In this document: positions 32,857 to 43,257 of the stretch, piece after piece | How positions within the stretch are numbered: the stretch's first letter is position 1 | Layout of the letters: every line of letters starts with the position of its first letter | Source: Vicinamibacterales bacterium | GTDB taxonomy: Bacteria > Acidobacteriota > Vicinamibacteria > Vicinamibacterales > UBA8438 | Direction: 5' to 3' | Assembly (NCBI GenBank): GCA_965200895.1 | Contig: CBDAVM010000002.1 | Span: 542,315-606,314 of the forward strand | Length of the DNA: 64,000 nt | Notes under the pieces: model-generated | Database searches by the model: none | What the model saw: only the letters and a program-made list of their open reading frames with translations | Told to the model about the DNA's origin: nothing | Position numbers and translations under genes: made by a program

Positions 32857-33969
32857 ATGTCGCAAATCACATGGCCGAGCGTCCCGACACGGCCCGACAG
32901 GCTCGTCCGCCGGGCGTGGTGCTCGTTGCAGGTCGCGGTCGCCGTCAGTGTCGTCGTCGTTCCCTTCGCCTATGCGGTGACCGCGGTGCACAACGACGTG
33001 CTGCTGGGGGCCGGTTGCGGTCTGGCGGTCGGCGTCGGACTCAGTCTGCGCGTGCGCGGGCGGATGGGACGCTCGGCCGGCATCCTCGTTGGCGTCCTTG
33101 CCGGGATGACCGCGGCCCTGCTCGCCGGACTCGTGCCGGGCAGTGGCGTGATCTGGATCGTGCCTCCGTTGGTGGCGCTCGCCGTCGGTCTGGTCCACGG
33201 GCTCGGGACCCCGCTCCTGCACGGCTACCGCAACGCGGTCGTCGAGACGCTGACGATGTCGAGCCTGATCGGCGCGGGCCTGCTGCCGGCGCTGGGCATC
33301 GGCGGGCTGTTGTCGTGCTTCCTGGTCACACCGCCGACGGCCCTGATCGCAGGCGTTCTCGCGGGCAGTCCGGACGGGCGGTCCTTCGCACGGCCGCCGG
33401 TTCTGCTGGCGCTCGGAGCCGTGGCCGTGGTGGCGTACGCGATCGACGCGGTGATGCAGGAAGGAATGCGAAATGGCCGACCGCAGGCGGACGCGCTCGT
33501 GCATGCCGCGGTGACGGTACCCCTGGCGACAGTCGTCATCCCGATTGCCATTTTCCTGTCCGCTCGCGCGGCTGCGATATGGCTGCAGCCGCGTCTGCAG
33601 GTCTACCGACAGCTCACCGAGTATCTGCGGGTCATGTGGATCCCCATTGGCGGCTTCGCGATCGGCTATCTGGCCATCATCATCGTGTTCGCCGGTTTCG
33701 GCGGCATGCTGGCTCGCTTCAGCCCCGACGCGTTCACGGGCGCAGCCGACGCCGGGATCGGCGAGTGGATCGCCTTCGCGTTCTTCCGCGCGCTGGCCCA
33801 GGACTATCCCGGCATCGTTCCCGTCTCGCCCGGGGCGTGGCTGCTCGTCGGCATTCAGGCGATCCTGGCGGTGGGGTGGGGGCTGGTCGTGTTCGCTGCC
33901 GTGATGTCGTCCATCCAGCCCCGGCTGGAACGGATCGCGAGACGGACCCCGCCATCCAACGGGAAGTGA
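32857..33969 (+). CDS. Multi-TM membrane protein with C-terminal potassium-channel-like (TM-pore-TM) module
   Basis: Strongly hydrophobic throughout; the C-terminus WIAFAFFRALAQDYPGIVPVSPGAW resembles YFSF.T.TT.GYGDI.P.S. Confidence 0.6.
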   Translation: MSQITWPSVPTRPDRLVRRAWCSLQVAVAVSVVVVPFAYAVTAVHNDVLLGAGCGLAVGVGLSLRVRGRMGRSAGILVGVLAGMTAALLAGLVPGSGVIWIVPPLVALAVGLVHGLGTPLLHGYRNAVVETLTMSSLIGAGLLPALGIGGLLSCFLVTPPTALIAGVLAGSPDGRSFARPPVLLALGAVAVVAYAIDAVMQEGMRNGRPQADALVHAAVTVPLATVVIPIAIFLSARAAAIWLQPRLQVYRQLTEYLRVMWIPIGGFAIGYLAIIIVFAGFGGMLARFSPDAFTGAADAGIGEWIAFAFFRALAQDYPGIVPVSPGAWLLVGIQAILAVGWGLVVFAAVMSSIQPRLERIARRTPPSNGK

Positions 33970-34079
33970 TCCACGGTCCGGCGTGCTGCCCGCAGCCTCT
34001 CCGGGTGTGCCCCGCCAACTGCAGGAGACCCCTTCGACACCACGTCTTGGCGGGATTCCGAAATCCCGGGCGGTCGACG

Positions 34080-34151
34080 TACGAGAATCTTCGTATTGAC
34101 ATTTCTGCGAACGACTTCGTATGATTTCTTTCTACGAAAAATTTCGTAGAA
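34080..34151 (+). promoter_or_regulatory. Promoter with three palindromic operators for the BlaI-like repressor
   Basis: TACGAGAATCTTCGTA (34080-95), TGCGAACGACTTCGTA (34106-21) and TACGAAAAATTTCGTA (34133-48), interleaved with TTGACA (34096) and TATGAT (34120). Confidence 0.85.
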
Positions 34152-34161
34152 TGGGATATCC

Positions 34162-34545
34162 ATGTCCGCCCGCCGACGGCCGACCGACGCCGAGCTTGCC
34201 ATTCTGCGTGTCCTGTGGGCGCAGGGTCCCAGCACGGTCCGGGAGGTTGCCGAGGAGACAGGGCGGGAAAGTGCGTACACGACGGTTCTGAAGCTGCTGC
34301 AGATCATGACCGACAAGGGCCTGGTGCGCCGCGACGAGTCCGCTCGGACGCACGTCTACCGCGCGGCGCGATCGGAGCGGGCGATCCAGAGGCAGCTCGT
34401 GCGGGATCTGGCCGATCGGGCCTTCGGCGGTTCGGCGGGCCGACTGGTGATGCAGGCGCTGGCTGCGAAGCGGGCGTCGCCCGAGGAGCTTGCCGAGATC
34501 CGTGAGTGGCTGGCGGAACAGGAAGGCAAGCGGGAGGGAGCGTGA
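34162..34545 (+). CDS. BlaI/MecI/CopY-family repressor
   Basis: PTDAELAILRVLW..GPSTVREV, AYTTVLKLLQIM..KGLV and FGGS motifs. Confidence 0.92.
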   Translation: MSARRRPTDAELAILRVLWAQGPSTVREVAEETGRESAYTTVLKLLQIMTDKGLVRRDESARTHVYRAARSERAIQRQLVRDLADRAFGGSAGRLVMQALAAKRASPEELAEIREWLAEQEGKREGA

Positions 34546-36350
34546 TGAGGGACTGGATCGACGTCACCGGCTGGACGCTGCTGCATTTCGTGTGGCAGGG
34601 AGCGCTTCTCGGCCTCGCCGTCGCCGGCGTCCTGTGGCTCTGCCGGCGCCGCTCGGCCAACACGCGTTACCTCGTGGCGTCCGGCGGCCTCATGACGCTG
34701 CTCGCCGCTCCCATGGTGACGGCGACCGTCCTCTGGCAGGCAGCGCGCGCGGCCGAACCGCTCGTACACCCGAACCGGGCGGCGACCCGCGCGCTGGCGA
34801 ACGGTTCGCCGGTCGCCCACGCGCTCGTCGGCCGCCATTCGATGGACACAGTCCACGCACGTCTCGCCGCAACGCTGCCGGCCATCGTCGCCGTCTGGCT
34901 GGCCGGGGTCTCCCTGCTGCTCGTGCGGATGGGCGGCGGACTCTGGCGGGTGCACCGACTGTACGAAGCCGGCCTGGCCACCCCGGCGTCGCGCTGGCAG
35001 GAGGTTGCAGCGCGGCTGGCATCACGCCTGGGCCTGTCGGGAGCCGTGCGCACCGTCGAGTCGCGGCTGGTCGGCGCACCGACCGTCGTCGGCTGGATGC
35101 GGCCGATCGTCCTGCTGCCGGTCGCGGCCCTCGCGAATCTCACGCCTGCGCAGGTCGAGGCGATCCTGGCGCACGAGCTGGCCCACATCCGCCGGCACGA
35201 CTACCTCGTCAACCTGCTGCAGTCGCTGGGGGAGACCGTCCTCTTCTTTCACCCGGCGGTCTGGTGGGTGTCGGGCCGGATTCGGGTCGAACGGGAGCAC
35301 TGCTGCGACGATGTGGCTCTCGGGGTGAGCGGCGACCGCATCGGCTACGCCGCGGCCCTGGCGGCCCTGGAGGAATGGCGCGGGCGTGAGGCGATGCCGG
35401 CGCTCGGTGCGACCGACGGCCCGCTCGGTGGGCGGGTGCGGCGGATTCTGGATCGGCCGCCCGTGACCCGGCCGCGCCTTGGCGGTCGGGTCACGTCCTG
35501 GGCCCTGGCTCTGGCTCTCTGCATCCTGGTCGGCGCCGCGGTGTGGCCGCGCCACGGAGCGAGCGACGCGGCGCAGGCCGCCGGCCCGCTCGGTCCGCAG
35601 AGCATGCAGGTCGCTCGCCCGGCGGCGAACGTCGAATGGCAGACCTCCGAGACGGCGCATTTCGAGATTCGTTACGGCGACGTGCTGGCGGACGACATCG
35701 CCCGCGTCGAGGCGGCGGCCGAGCGCGCGTACCGTCGGGTGAGCGCACGCCTGGCGGACGACCTGTCGTTCAGAACGCCTCTGATCCTCTTCGCCACGCG
35801 GGAGGAGTTCGAACGGCAGGACATCGCTCCCGGAGCGGATCTGACGGGCATCGCCTCGTTCTCGGAGCCGGTCGGCAACCGGATCGTGGTGCTCGTCGAG
35901 GAGTGGGGCGACGACCTCGTCGCGCGCATCGCCCACGAGCTGACGCATGTCTTCGCCTTCGCGGCCGTCCCCCGTTCCGACGCCGGCGCGAGCGTGCCGG
36001 TCTGGGTCGACGAGGGCCTCGCCGACTACGGGGCGGGAACCTGGTCGGAAGTCGACGAGGGCATCCTGCGCGGCCTCGTGCAGTCCGGCGACCTCCCGGT
36101 GCTGTCCACCGCTGAGGGTCGCGCCGGATTCGAGAATCCACGCGTGGTGTACGCGCTCGGACACGCGGCGTTCGACTTCGTGGAAGCCGAGTGGGGGCGG
36201 GCCGCGGTCAGCGCCTTCCTGCGGGCGTTCGGCACCGCTGCAAGCCCCTACCAGGAGGTACTCGGCATAACGTCGGCGGCGTTCGATACCGCTTTCGCCG
36301 GTTATCTTCGGGCGCGGTTCGCACCGGGTGCAGGAACGCCGAGCCGGTAG
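34545..36350 (+). CDS. M56 (BlaR1/MecR1-like) membrane protease fused to a gluzincin peptidase-like ectodomain
   Basis: LLHFVWQG, HELAHIRRHD, FFHPAVWW and EREHCCDD motifs; a second HELTH...WVDEGLADY motif follows the last TM. Confidence 0.85.
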   Translation: MRDWIDVTGWTLLHFVWQGALLGLAVAGVLWLCRRRSANTRYLVASGGLMTLLAAPMVTATVLWQAARAAEPLVHPNRAATRALANGSPVAHALVGRHSMDTVHARLAATLPAIVAVWLAGVSLLLVRMGGGLWRVHRLYEAGLATPASRWQEVAARLASRLGLSGAVRTVESRLVGAPTVVGWMRPIVLLPVAALANLTPAQVEAILAHELAHIRRHDYLVNLLQSLGETVLFFHPAVWWVSGRIRVEREHCCDDVALGVSGDRIGYAAALAALEEWRGREAMPALGATDGPLGGRVRRILDRPPVTRPRLGGRVTSWALALALCILVGAAVWPRHGASDAAQAAGPLGPQSMQVARPAANVEWQTSETAHFEIRYGDVLADDIARVEAAAERAYRRVSARLADDLSFRTPLILFATREEFERQDIAPGADLTGIASFSEPVGNRIVVLVEEWGDDLVARIAHELTHVFAFAAVPRSDAGASVPVWVDEGLADYGAGTWSEVDEGILRGLVQSGDLPVLSTAEGRAGFENPRVVYALGHAAFDFVEAEWGRAAVSAFLRAFGTAASPYQEVLGITSAAFDTAFAGYLRARFAPGAGTPSR

Positions 36351-36363
36351 CCCGACAATCGTC

Positions 36364-39045
36364 TCACGGTTCCACGGGCGAGGGCGTGAGACGCACCGCG
36401 TAGTCGCGCCAGCACGCCGCCGCGTCGTGTGTCGCGTCATCGGTCCGGACATCGAACGGCAGCCAGGCCGGTTCCTCGTCGGGTCCTGCCAGGGCCCGGT
36501 TGCCGGTCGTCGACGGCGAGGACGCCGGCGGGTCCAGCGTACGGGCCACGGTGTCCCGCACGTCCTCCAGGTGCAAGCGCGTCGCGCGGTTCGCAACGCG
36601 TGCGATCGCCGCGTCGATGGTGCGGTCGAGCGCCCGCAGCTCGCCGCGCAGGAAGGGCCGGGCGTCGCCGCCGGCTGCCTGCCGCCCGTTCAGCCGATCG
36701 TCGACCAGCTCCAGATAGAGCCGCTGGACGTTGCGCCGCCAGGCGTCGACACGCACCTCCGGCGCGTCGAGCTCGGACCACAATCCGGCCCGAAGGTCGG
36801 CGAGGAAATCGGTGGCGGAGTAGGCCGCGTCGCCGTCGATCGCCTCCTGCTCGACCAGCCTTCGAATGCGGCCGGCAGTCAGAAGCGAGCGCAGCACGCG
36901 GGCCTGGCCGGCGCGGATCCGTTCGAGGGCGCCGGCCGGTTCGATGCGCCGCAGTATCTCGGGGTCGACCAGGAACATCGGCGTCGTGAAGGCGTGCTCG
37001 TTCAGGAACGCGAGCGCTTCGGCCTGCGTCTCGCGCGGGATCGTCGAGAAGCGGACGCCCTCCTGCCCGACGTGCTTCTGCTGCGAGCGGACGCCCCCGA
37101 CGACCGCCGCCACATGGTTCATCTCCAGCGCCCACTGCCCGACGAGACGCCCGTACAGCTCGTCGAGGTCGTCGTACGGCTCGCCGGCCGCCGCCGCGGT
37201 CGCGGTGGCGTCGAGCAGCATGGCGGCGACCCGCTCCAGGTTCCTCAGTCCCAGCGCCGTCGATGCCACGGCGTCGGCGTCGCCGACCGCCTCGGTCAAC
37301 TGGCCGGGATCGGCGTTCTGCGCGCCGGGGGTGGAGAAGCGGTACCACGGCGTGTCGTCCTGTTCGCGCGCCCACGCATCCAGCGTCGACCGCTCGTCGT
37401 CCGGACCTGCGGCGTCCGGGATCGGCGCGTAGCCCCACTTCGTGGCCCATACGTCGTACGGGCCGATCTTCGGAATCAGGTCCTCGACCGCGATGCCGTC
37501 CTCGGGCTGGGCCACGTAGTTGAACCGGGCGTAGTCCATCAGGGTGGGGGTGTGGCCCATCGTCCGCACCCAGTCGGGGTCGCGCACCTTCTCGGGCGGG
37601 TAGAGCGAGCTGGCCTTCATGTTGTGCTGGAAACCGAGGGTGTGGCCCACCTCGTGCGCCGCCACGTAGGCGAGCAGCTCGCCCATCAGTTCGTCGGGCA
37701 GCGGCAGCGTCCGCGCCCGCGGGTCGAGCGGCCCGACCTGCACGAAGTACCAGTCGCGCACCAGGTTCATGACGTTGTGGTGGAACTGGATGTCGGCCTC
37801 CAGAATCTCTCCGGTGCGCGGGTCGTGGACGTGCGGTCCGGAGGCGTTCTCGACCGTGGACGGCAGCCAGCGGATGACCGAGTGGCGGGCGTCCTCGGGA
37901 CTCCAGTCCGGGTCCTCGTCCGGGGTGGGCGCCTCGCGCGCGACGATGGCGTTGCTGAAGCCGGCCGCCTCGAACGCCGGCCGCCACGCCTCGACGCCCT
38001 GCGCGATGTAGGGGACCCACTTCGTGGGGGTGGCGGGATCGATCCAGAAGGTGATCGGCCGCACCGGATCGGAGACCGCGACGGCCGGATCCTGCTTCTC
38101 CAGCCGCCAGCGCGTGATGTAGCGGCGGCGCGGCGCGCGGTGCTCGTCGCGGCCGTAGTCGATCTGCCGGACCGTGAAGTAGCCGACCCGTTCGTCGAAG
38201 AGGCGCGGCTGCATCGGATCCTCCGGCAGCTTCACCATGCTGTGGTGCAGCAGCACGGTGGCGCTGCCCGGCCGCATGCCGCGCTGCCGGAACGGGGTCC
38301 GCGGGCGGTTCCGTCCCGCCGCCCCCGACGGCGGCGGGACGGTGTAGGTGTGCGTGGCCTGCACCTCGATGTTCGTCGGAAACGCCCTGACGCTCTCGAC
38401 GAACGAGCGGTCCCGGGCGAACCCGCGCGCCTGCAGCCGCGTCCGGGCGCTGAACTCCGGCACTTCGGTGGCGAAGAGCGGCGTCACTTCGATGACCGGT
38501 GCGCCGGCGTCGGAAAGCGCCTCGATGTCGAACGCCCTGATGATGGTGTCGTTGTTCGCGGCCTCGACGGCGCGCGCGATGGGCCGCTCCGCATCCGCCA
38601 CGATGGCGTGGGAGATGCTCTTCAGCAGCACCCGGTTCCTGCGCCGCTCCCACTTGACGACCCGGTTGCCGAGCGCCTGCCCGCCGTAGCCGACGCCCTC
38701 GGTTGTCCGGGCGATCCGGCTGACCCAGAGGAACTCCCGGCCGAGCTCGGCCACCGGGATCTCGTAGAACACCTTGTCGTCGAGCCGGTGCACGGTGAAC
38801 ACGCCGTCGTCGCTCTCCGTCTCGTCGGTGACCACCTCGTCGTACGCCTTGATCCCGTCGCCACCGCGGCCGCGGCCCGGGCGGCGTCCGCGGTCACCGT
38901 CGTCCGTTCCGTCGGTATCGGCGGTCTGTTCGGGCTGTGGATCCTGCGGCTGCGGAGCCTGTGCGGCCGCGTTTCCGGGAGCGGCCCGGCAGAGCAGGAG
39001 GAGCAGGGCGAGTGCGACCGGCAGCGGAAGTCGAACGAATGTCAT
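36364..39045 (-). CDS. Secreted zinc-dependent metalloprotease (DUF5117/DUF5118/DUF4953 type)
   Basis: Signal peptide; [26 protein letters not shown] (metzincin) and Met-turn LMDY. Confidence 0.88.
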   Translation of the reverse strand: MTFVRLPLPVALALLLLLCRAAPGNAAAQAPQPQDPQPEQTADTDGTDDGDRGRRPGRGRGGDGIKAYDEVVTDETESDDGVFTVHRLDDKVFYEIPVAELGREFLWVSRIARTTEGVGYGGQALGNRVVKWERRRNRVLLKSISHAIVADAERPIARAVEAANNDTIIRAFDIEALSDAGAPVIEVTPLFATEVPEFSARTRLQARGFARDRSFVESVRAFPTNIEVQATHTYTVPPPSGAAGRNRPRTPFRQRGMRPGSATVLLHHSMVKLPEDPMQPRLFDERVGYFTVRQIDYGRDEHRAPRRRYITRWRLEKQDPAVAVSDPVRPITFWIDPATPTKWVPYIAQGVEAWRPAFEAAGFSNAIVAREAPTPDEDPDWSPEDARHSVIRWLPSTVENASGPHVHDPRTGEILEADIQFHHNVMNLVRDWYFVQVGPLDPRARTLPLPDELMGELLAYVAAHEVGHTLGFQHNMKASSLYPPEKVRDPDWVRTMGHTPTLMDYARFNYVAQPEDGIAVEDLIPKIGPYDVWATKWGYAPIPDAAGPDDERSTLDAWAREQDDTPWYRFSTPGAQNADPGQLTEAVGDADAVASTALGLRNLERVAAMLLDATATAAAAGEPYDDLDELYGRLVGQWALEMNHVAAVVGGVRSQQKHVGQEGVRFSTIPRETQAEALAFLNEHAFTTPMFLVDPEILRRIEPAGALERIRAGQARVLRSLLTAGRIRRLVEQEAIDGDAAYSATDFLADLRAGLWSELDAPEVRVDAWRRNVQRLYLELVDDRLNGRQAAGGDARPFLRGELRALDRTIDAAIARVANRATRLHLEDVRDTVARTLDPPASSPSTTGNRALAGPDEEPAWLPFDVRTDDATHDAAACWRDYAVRLTPSPVEP

Positions 39046-39108
39046 GTGAAGGACCTCCCAACAGGTGGACGACGCACGCGGACGTGTCGGGCGCCATCGG
39101 TGCGCCCG

Positions 39109-39210
39109 CTGATCGCGACGTTCTGCATCGAGCGCGGCTGTCGCCTGCTCCATACCGACCGGGACTTCGAGCCGTTCGCGCAGCACCTGGGCCTGCAGAC
39201 GGTCCGAACT
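39109..39210 (+). pseudogene. C-terminal remnant of a VapC/PIN toxin
   Basis: Reads [32 protein letters not shown], a typical VapC C-terminus; no N-terminal half or start codon. Confidence 0.65.
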
Positions 39211-40690
39211 ACCGCGGACTGGCCGCTGCCCCGACCAGCGCTGCGAACGCGGCTTCCAGCGCCGTCTCCGCATCCTGCAGCGCGCGCCGCGCCTCATCGA
39301 GCCAGCGGCGGCTCGCGTCCAGGCGGTCGCCTCCCTCCCGCACCATCCGCTGCGTCTCGGCCGGCTGGGGGCCGCCGAGGCCGCGACGTCCGGCCACCAT
39401 CCGTTCGGGATCGAGCGCCTCGCGGATGCGGTCGACGCTGACCGGCAACGGTTCGCCGTAGGTCTCCTCGTAGACGTGCAGCAGCTCCTCGGCGGTCAGC
39501 TCCTTCGGCCGCTTCCCGTGCGCCCGGCCGTACTCGGTCAACTCCGAGGCGTAGTGGTGGCCGACCCGGAACGGCACGGCCGCATGGCGGAGCAGGGTGT
39601 CGGCCACCTCGGTCATGGTCGCGTAGTCGGCGTCCACTTCGGCCAGCGACCGCTCCGGGTTCACCTCGAGGCCATTGACGACGTCGGCATAGAGGGCATA
39701 CATCCGGCGCGCCTTCACCGTCGTTTCGAGGACCTGTTCGGCGCCGCGGTAGTCGATCATTCCGGTGGACGTGTTGTGGGCCGTGAGGAACACGGTCTGG
39801 GCGTCGCCGAGGACGGTGCTGGCGATCTGGCGCAGCCGCTCCAGCGCGATCGGATTCCGCTTCTGCGGCATGATGCTGCTGATCCCGGTCAGCGAGCGAT
39901 CCAGCAGGAGCCACGGCGCCGGATCGTGGTACTGCACGTGGACGTCCTCGCTGAACTGCCCGACGGCGACGGCCGAGATGGCCAGCGCGGAGGCCAGCTC
40001 GGTCTTCGACGACACGTGGTTGGCGTCGTAGGCGTTCTCCACGACGCCGTCGAAGCCGAGCAGGGCGGCGAGCCGCTCGCGGTCGACGGGGAAGCCGGAG
40101 GTGGCGAGGGCCGCCGCGCCGAGGGGGCTCCGATTGACCCGCGCGTAGGCCTCCTCGAGGCGCTCGGCGTCGCGGTCGAGCGCCGCGGCGAACGCCAGCA
40201 GGTGATGCGCCAGGGTGGTCGGCTGCGCCTGCACGCCGTGGGTATAGCCGGGGATCACCGTCGCGGTGTGCCGTTCGGCCAGCCCCAGAAGCGCGTCGCG
40301 GGGTGCGAGGAGGGACTCGTAGGTCTCGATCAACGCCTCCCGCAGCGCGAGCCGCCGGGACGTCGAGCCGATGTCCTGTCGGCTGCGGCCGGTGTGCAGC
40401 CGCGAGGCATCGCGGCCGGCCGTCTCGACCAGCCGCTCCTCGAAGACCAGGTAGTCGGAGGACCGGCGCGCGCCCGGCGCGTCCTGCTCCACGATGACCT
40501 GCGCGATCCCGGCGGCGATCGCCGCCCCGAGCGTCTCGGGAACCAGCCCGGCTTCGGTCAGCATGACGAGCGACGCCTTGTTGATCTGCCCCAGGTGGTG
40601 GAAGTCATCGCGTTCGTCCTGCGCCGAAACGGTGGCCGAACCGAGTGCGGAGGCGATGACGAACGCGACGAGGCGGCAGATTCGTGACAT
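39209..40690 (-). CDS. Argininosuccinate-lyase-like (fumarase superfamily) protein with N-terminal signal peptide
   Basis: [39 protein letters not shown] and VPFRVGH motifs; N-terminus [23 protein letters not shown]|Q. Confidence 0.85.
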   Translation of the reverse strand: MSRICRLVAFVIASALGSATVSAQDERDDFHHLGQINKASLVMLTEAGLVPETLGAAIAAGIAQVIVEQDAPGARRSSDYLVFEERLVETAGRDASRLHTGRSRQDIGSTSRRLALREALIETYESLLAPRDALLGLAERHTATVIPGYTHGVQAQPTTLAHHLLAFAAALDRDAERLEEAYARVNRSPLGAAALATSGFPVDRERLAALLGFDGVVENAYDANHVSSKTELASALAISAVAVGQFSEDVHVQYHDPAPWLLLDRSLTGISSIMPQKRNPIALERLRQIASTVLGDAQTVFLTAHNTSTGMIDYRGAEQVLETTVKARRMYALYADVVNGLEVNPERSLAEVDADYATMTEVADTLLRHAAVPFRVGHHYASELTEYGRAHGKRPKELTAEELLHVYEETYGEPLPVSVDRIREALDPERMVAGRRGLGGPQPAETQRMVREGGDRLDASRRWLDEARRALQDAETALEAAFAALVGAAASPR

Positions 40691-40831
40691 GGCGTCCTCC
40701 CGGAATACAGTCGTGTGGGTCTCGACGCGATTGTAAGCGCGGTTCCGGTCGGCGGCGCTGCGCACGGGCCCCACGCGCCAGGCGCAGCCGCTCGACGGCC
40801 GGTCGCGACCCGCGGACGGGTCCGGATCGGA

Positions 40832-41863
40832 TCAGATGATGTGGCCGGTCCAACGGCCGGCGATGATGATCCCGGCCCACAGCAGCAGCGACGCGCCGCC
40901 GGCCACCCGCGCGGCCAGGGGCAGCTCCTGCGCCGTGTCCCAGGCGGCGATGCCGCGCCACGTCCAGAAATGGAAGATGGCCATGTTGATGCACGCCACC
41001 GGCAGCAACAGGAACTTGACCTGGAAGGCCGGGTTCTCGACGTAGGCCGGCGCGCGCGTGACGAACATGCCGAAGCCGGTGATCGCCGCCACGACGAACG
41101 CCGCCCATGTCCAGGGAAGCAGCTTGCCCGTCACCTGACTCACCGGATACCGCAGGGCCGCGAGACCCAGCAGCCGCAGGTCCACCGTCAGGATCGAGCC
41201 GACCACCAGGCCGATGGCGATCACGTGGATCGATTCCAGCAGCGGGAACCACCATGTGAAACCGATGTGCTGCGAGATGGGGTGGTCCTGCATCCACTGC
41301 CAGATCGACGGGTAGGCGGCCAGCAGTTCCCACTCGAAGGGCACCTCGAAGGGGTCGGTGATGTACTCGGAGTAGGCGATCCAGCGCCCGCCGAGCATGA
41401 CGCCGATCCACAGCAGGAGCGACACGACGGCGATGATCCGCGCCGCCAGCAGCCGCCTGGTCGACTGCTCCCAGAAGCCGTGCTGTTTCCGGTTCATCCA
41501 GTAGACGACGAACGCCAGCGCGACAGCCAGCAGCAGCAGCGAGAACTTGAAGGTGGCGACCGGGTTGTAGAAGTAGCGCAGCGGCCGCGCCAGGACGAAG
41601 AGCAGCCCGGTGACGGCGTTGACGGCCAGGGCGTACCAGGTCCAGGGCAGCAGTCGTCGGATCATCTCGCTGACGTTCTGGTTCGGCAGCGCGAGGCCCA
41701 GAAACCGCAGGTCCACCATCATCACGGACCCGACGACGGTCGCGATCCCCATGATGTGGAACGACTGCGCGATCGGCGGCAGGCCCGGCACGTTGCCGAG
41801 CAGGTACACCATCCACTCGCGGGTCGGACTCTCCGCCAGCGTCTGGGCCAGGAAGTCGCGCAT
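40832..41863 (-). CDS. Membrane protein with two tandem DUF6644-like domains
   Basis: Internal duplication: S.H..(G/A)I..VVGS...VDLR.LGLA ... NP...K..LL ... SLLLW.G...GRW occurs twice. Confidence 0.75.
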   Translation of the reverse strand: MRDFLAQTLAESPTREWMVYLLGNVPGLPPIAQSFHIMGIATVVGSVMMVDLRFLGLALPNQNVSEMIRRLLPWTWYALAVNAVTGLLFVLARPLRYFYNPVATFKFSLLLLAVALAFVVYWMNRKQHGFWEQSTRRLLAARIIAVVSLLLWIGVMLGGRWIAYSEYITDPFEVPFEWELLAAYPSIWQWMQDHPISQHIGFTWWFPLLESIHVIAIGLVVGSILTVDLRLLGLAALRYPVSQVTGKLLPWTWAAFVVAAITGFGMFVTRAPAYVENPAFQVKFLLLPVACINMAIFHFWTWRGIAAWDTAQELPLAARVAGGASLLLWAGIIIAGRWTGHII

Positions 41864-41915
41864 GGTCTGTCCTTCCTCGATGCCGGGAATCGACCGTCGG
41901 CTGCGCCATCCTATA

Positions 41916-42026
41916 CTAGGAGCTGGCGCCGCAGAACGCAGCGAAGCGAAGTGCTGAGGCGCAAGGTCATGGAGCGGGGGGCATGGGCCGAAACGCCGAA
42001 GAACTTCTTGCGGCGCGGACTCCCAG
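41916..42026. mobile_element. MITE-like element (about 111 bp) with imperfect terminal inverted repeats
   Basis: Left end CTAGGAGCTGGCGCCGCAGAA, right end TTCTTGCGGCGCGGACTCCCAG; the first ~83 bp recur at 59274. Confidence 0.65.
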
Positions 42027-42070
42027 CCAGAACCTGACGTGGCGAGGAACGGTTCAGTCTGGAGTATCCG

Positions 42071-43042
42071 ATGCGCAACCAGTTGTTTCTGATCGCGGCG
42101 GCCTGCACCCTGATCGCCGGATGCGGCAGCGAGCCCCCGCCGGAGTCGGCGGTCGCCATACCCGAGGTCGAGCCCCCGCCGGCGCCGGCCGCGGCCGAGA
42201 CCCTGCCGGACGTGATCGTCGCCAGCCGCGGCGGGTTCATCCCGGAGGGCGTCGAATACGACATGCTGAATGGCCGCCTCCTGACCGGCTCGCTCACCGA
42301 GGGGTCGGTGTTCCGGATCCACGCCGACGGCCGGGTGGAGGCGCTGGTGGAGGACGCCGAGCTGGTCTCGTCGGTCGGCATCGAGGCGGACGAGGCGCGG
42401 GATCGGCTGCTGGTGGCCAACGCCGACCGCTCTGTCTTCCAGAACGGGGGCGTGGGCCAGGCGAAGCTCGGCATCTACAACCTCACCAGCGGCGAGCGGA
42501 TCGCGATGGTCGACCTGGCGGCGACGGTCGACGCCGGCGACGACGCCATGCATTTCGCCAACGATGTCGCGGTGACCGACAACGGCGCGGCATACGTCAC
42601 CGACACGCGGATGAACGTCATCTACCGTGTCGACGCCGACCAGGCCGCCAGCGTGTTCCACCGCTTCGAGGATGGCGGGGCCGGCCCCAACGGCATCGTC
42701 CACCATCCCGGCGGGTACCTTCTCGTGGCGCGCGGGGCGGCGCTCTGGAAGGTGCCGCTCGACGATCCGGCCGCCGCGGCGGCGGTGACGCTGCCCGAGG
42801 AGGTGCCTGGACAGGACGGCATGGTGTGGACGGCCGGCCGTCTCGCCATCGTCAGCAACTCGGCCAACCGCGTGGTCGCGCTGACGAGCGACGACGACTG
42901 GGCGACGGCCGAGATCGCCGGGATCGCGAGCTACGAGGAACAGGCGACGACGGCCGCGGTCGTGGGCGACGACGTCTTCGTCGTCCACCCGCACTTCGCG
43001 GACGACGAGCCGCCGAGCTTCGAACGCGTCGTATTCGAGTAG
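42071..43042 (+). CDS. SMP-30/gluconolactonase-like beta-propeller lipoprotein
   Basis: Lipobox LIAG-C; PEGV, ANDVA, YVTD, PNGI and DGM motifs. Confidence 0.75.
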   Translation: MRNQLFLIAAACTLIAGCGSEPPPESAVAIPEVEPPPAPAAAETLPDVIVASRGGFIPEGVEYDMLNGRLLTGSLTEGSVFRIHADGRVEALVEDAELVSSVGIEADEARDRLLVANADRSVFQNGGVGQAKLGIYNLTSGERIAMVDLAATVDAGDDAMHFANDVAVTDNGAAYVTDTRMNVIYRVDADQAASVFHRFEDGGAGPNGIVHHPGGYLLVARGAALWKVPLDDPAAAAAVTLPEEVPGQDGMVWTAGRLAIVSNSANRVVALTSDDDWATAEIAGIASYEEQATTAAVVGDDVFVVHPHFADDEPPSFERVVFE

Positions 43043-43257
43043 GGCGCCACGGGATTCGCCGGGAGCCGTCGGCGGCGCCCCCTCGACCTGGACGACTGAC
43101 GGCCCCTGACCAATGGTGCGGCAGGGTCACGGGTGTGCGGCCGGGCTCGCCTGTCAAAGCGCCGTACAATCGTGCCGGGTGCGGTGGGGCCGTCGCCGGA
43201 GACCGGGGGGTCCGCGCCGCGGGCTGGCACATTCGCGTCGGAACGTGGAGGCAGAAG

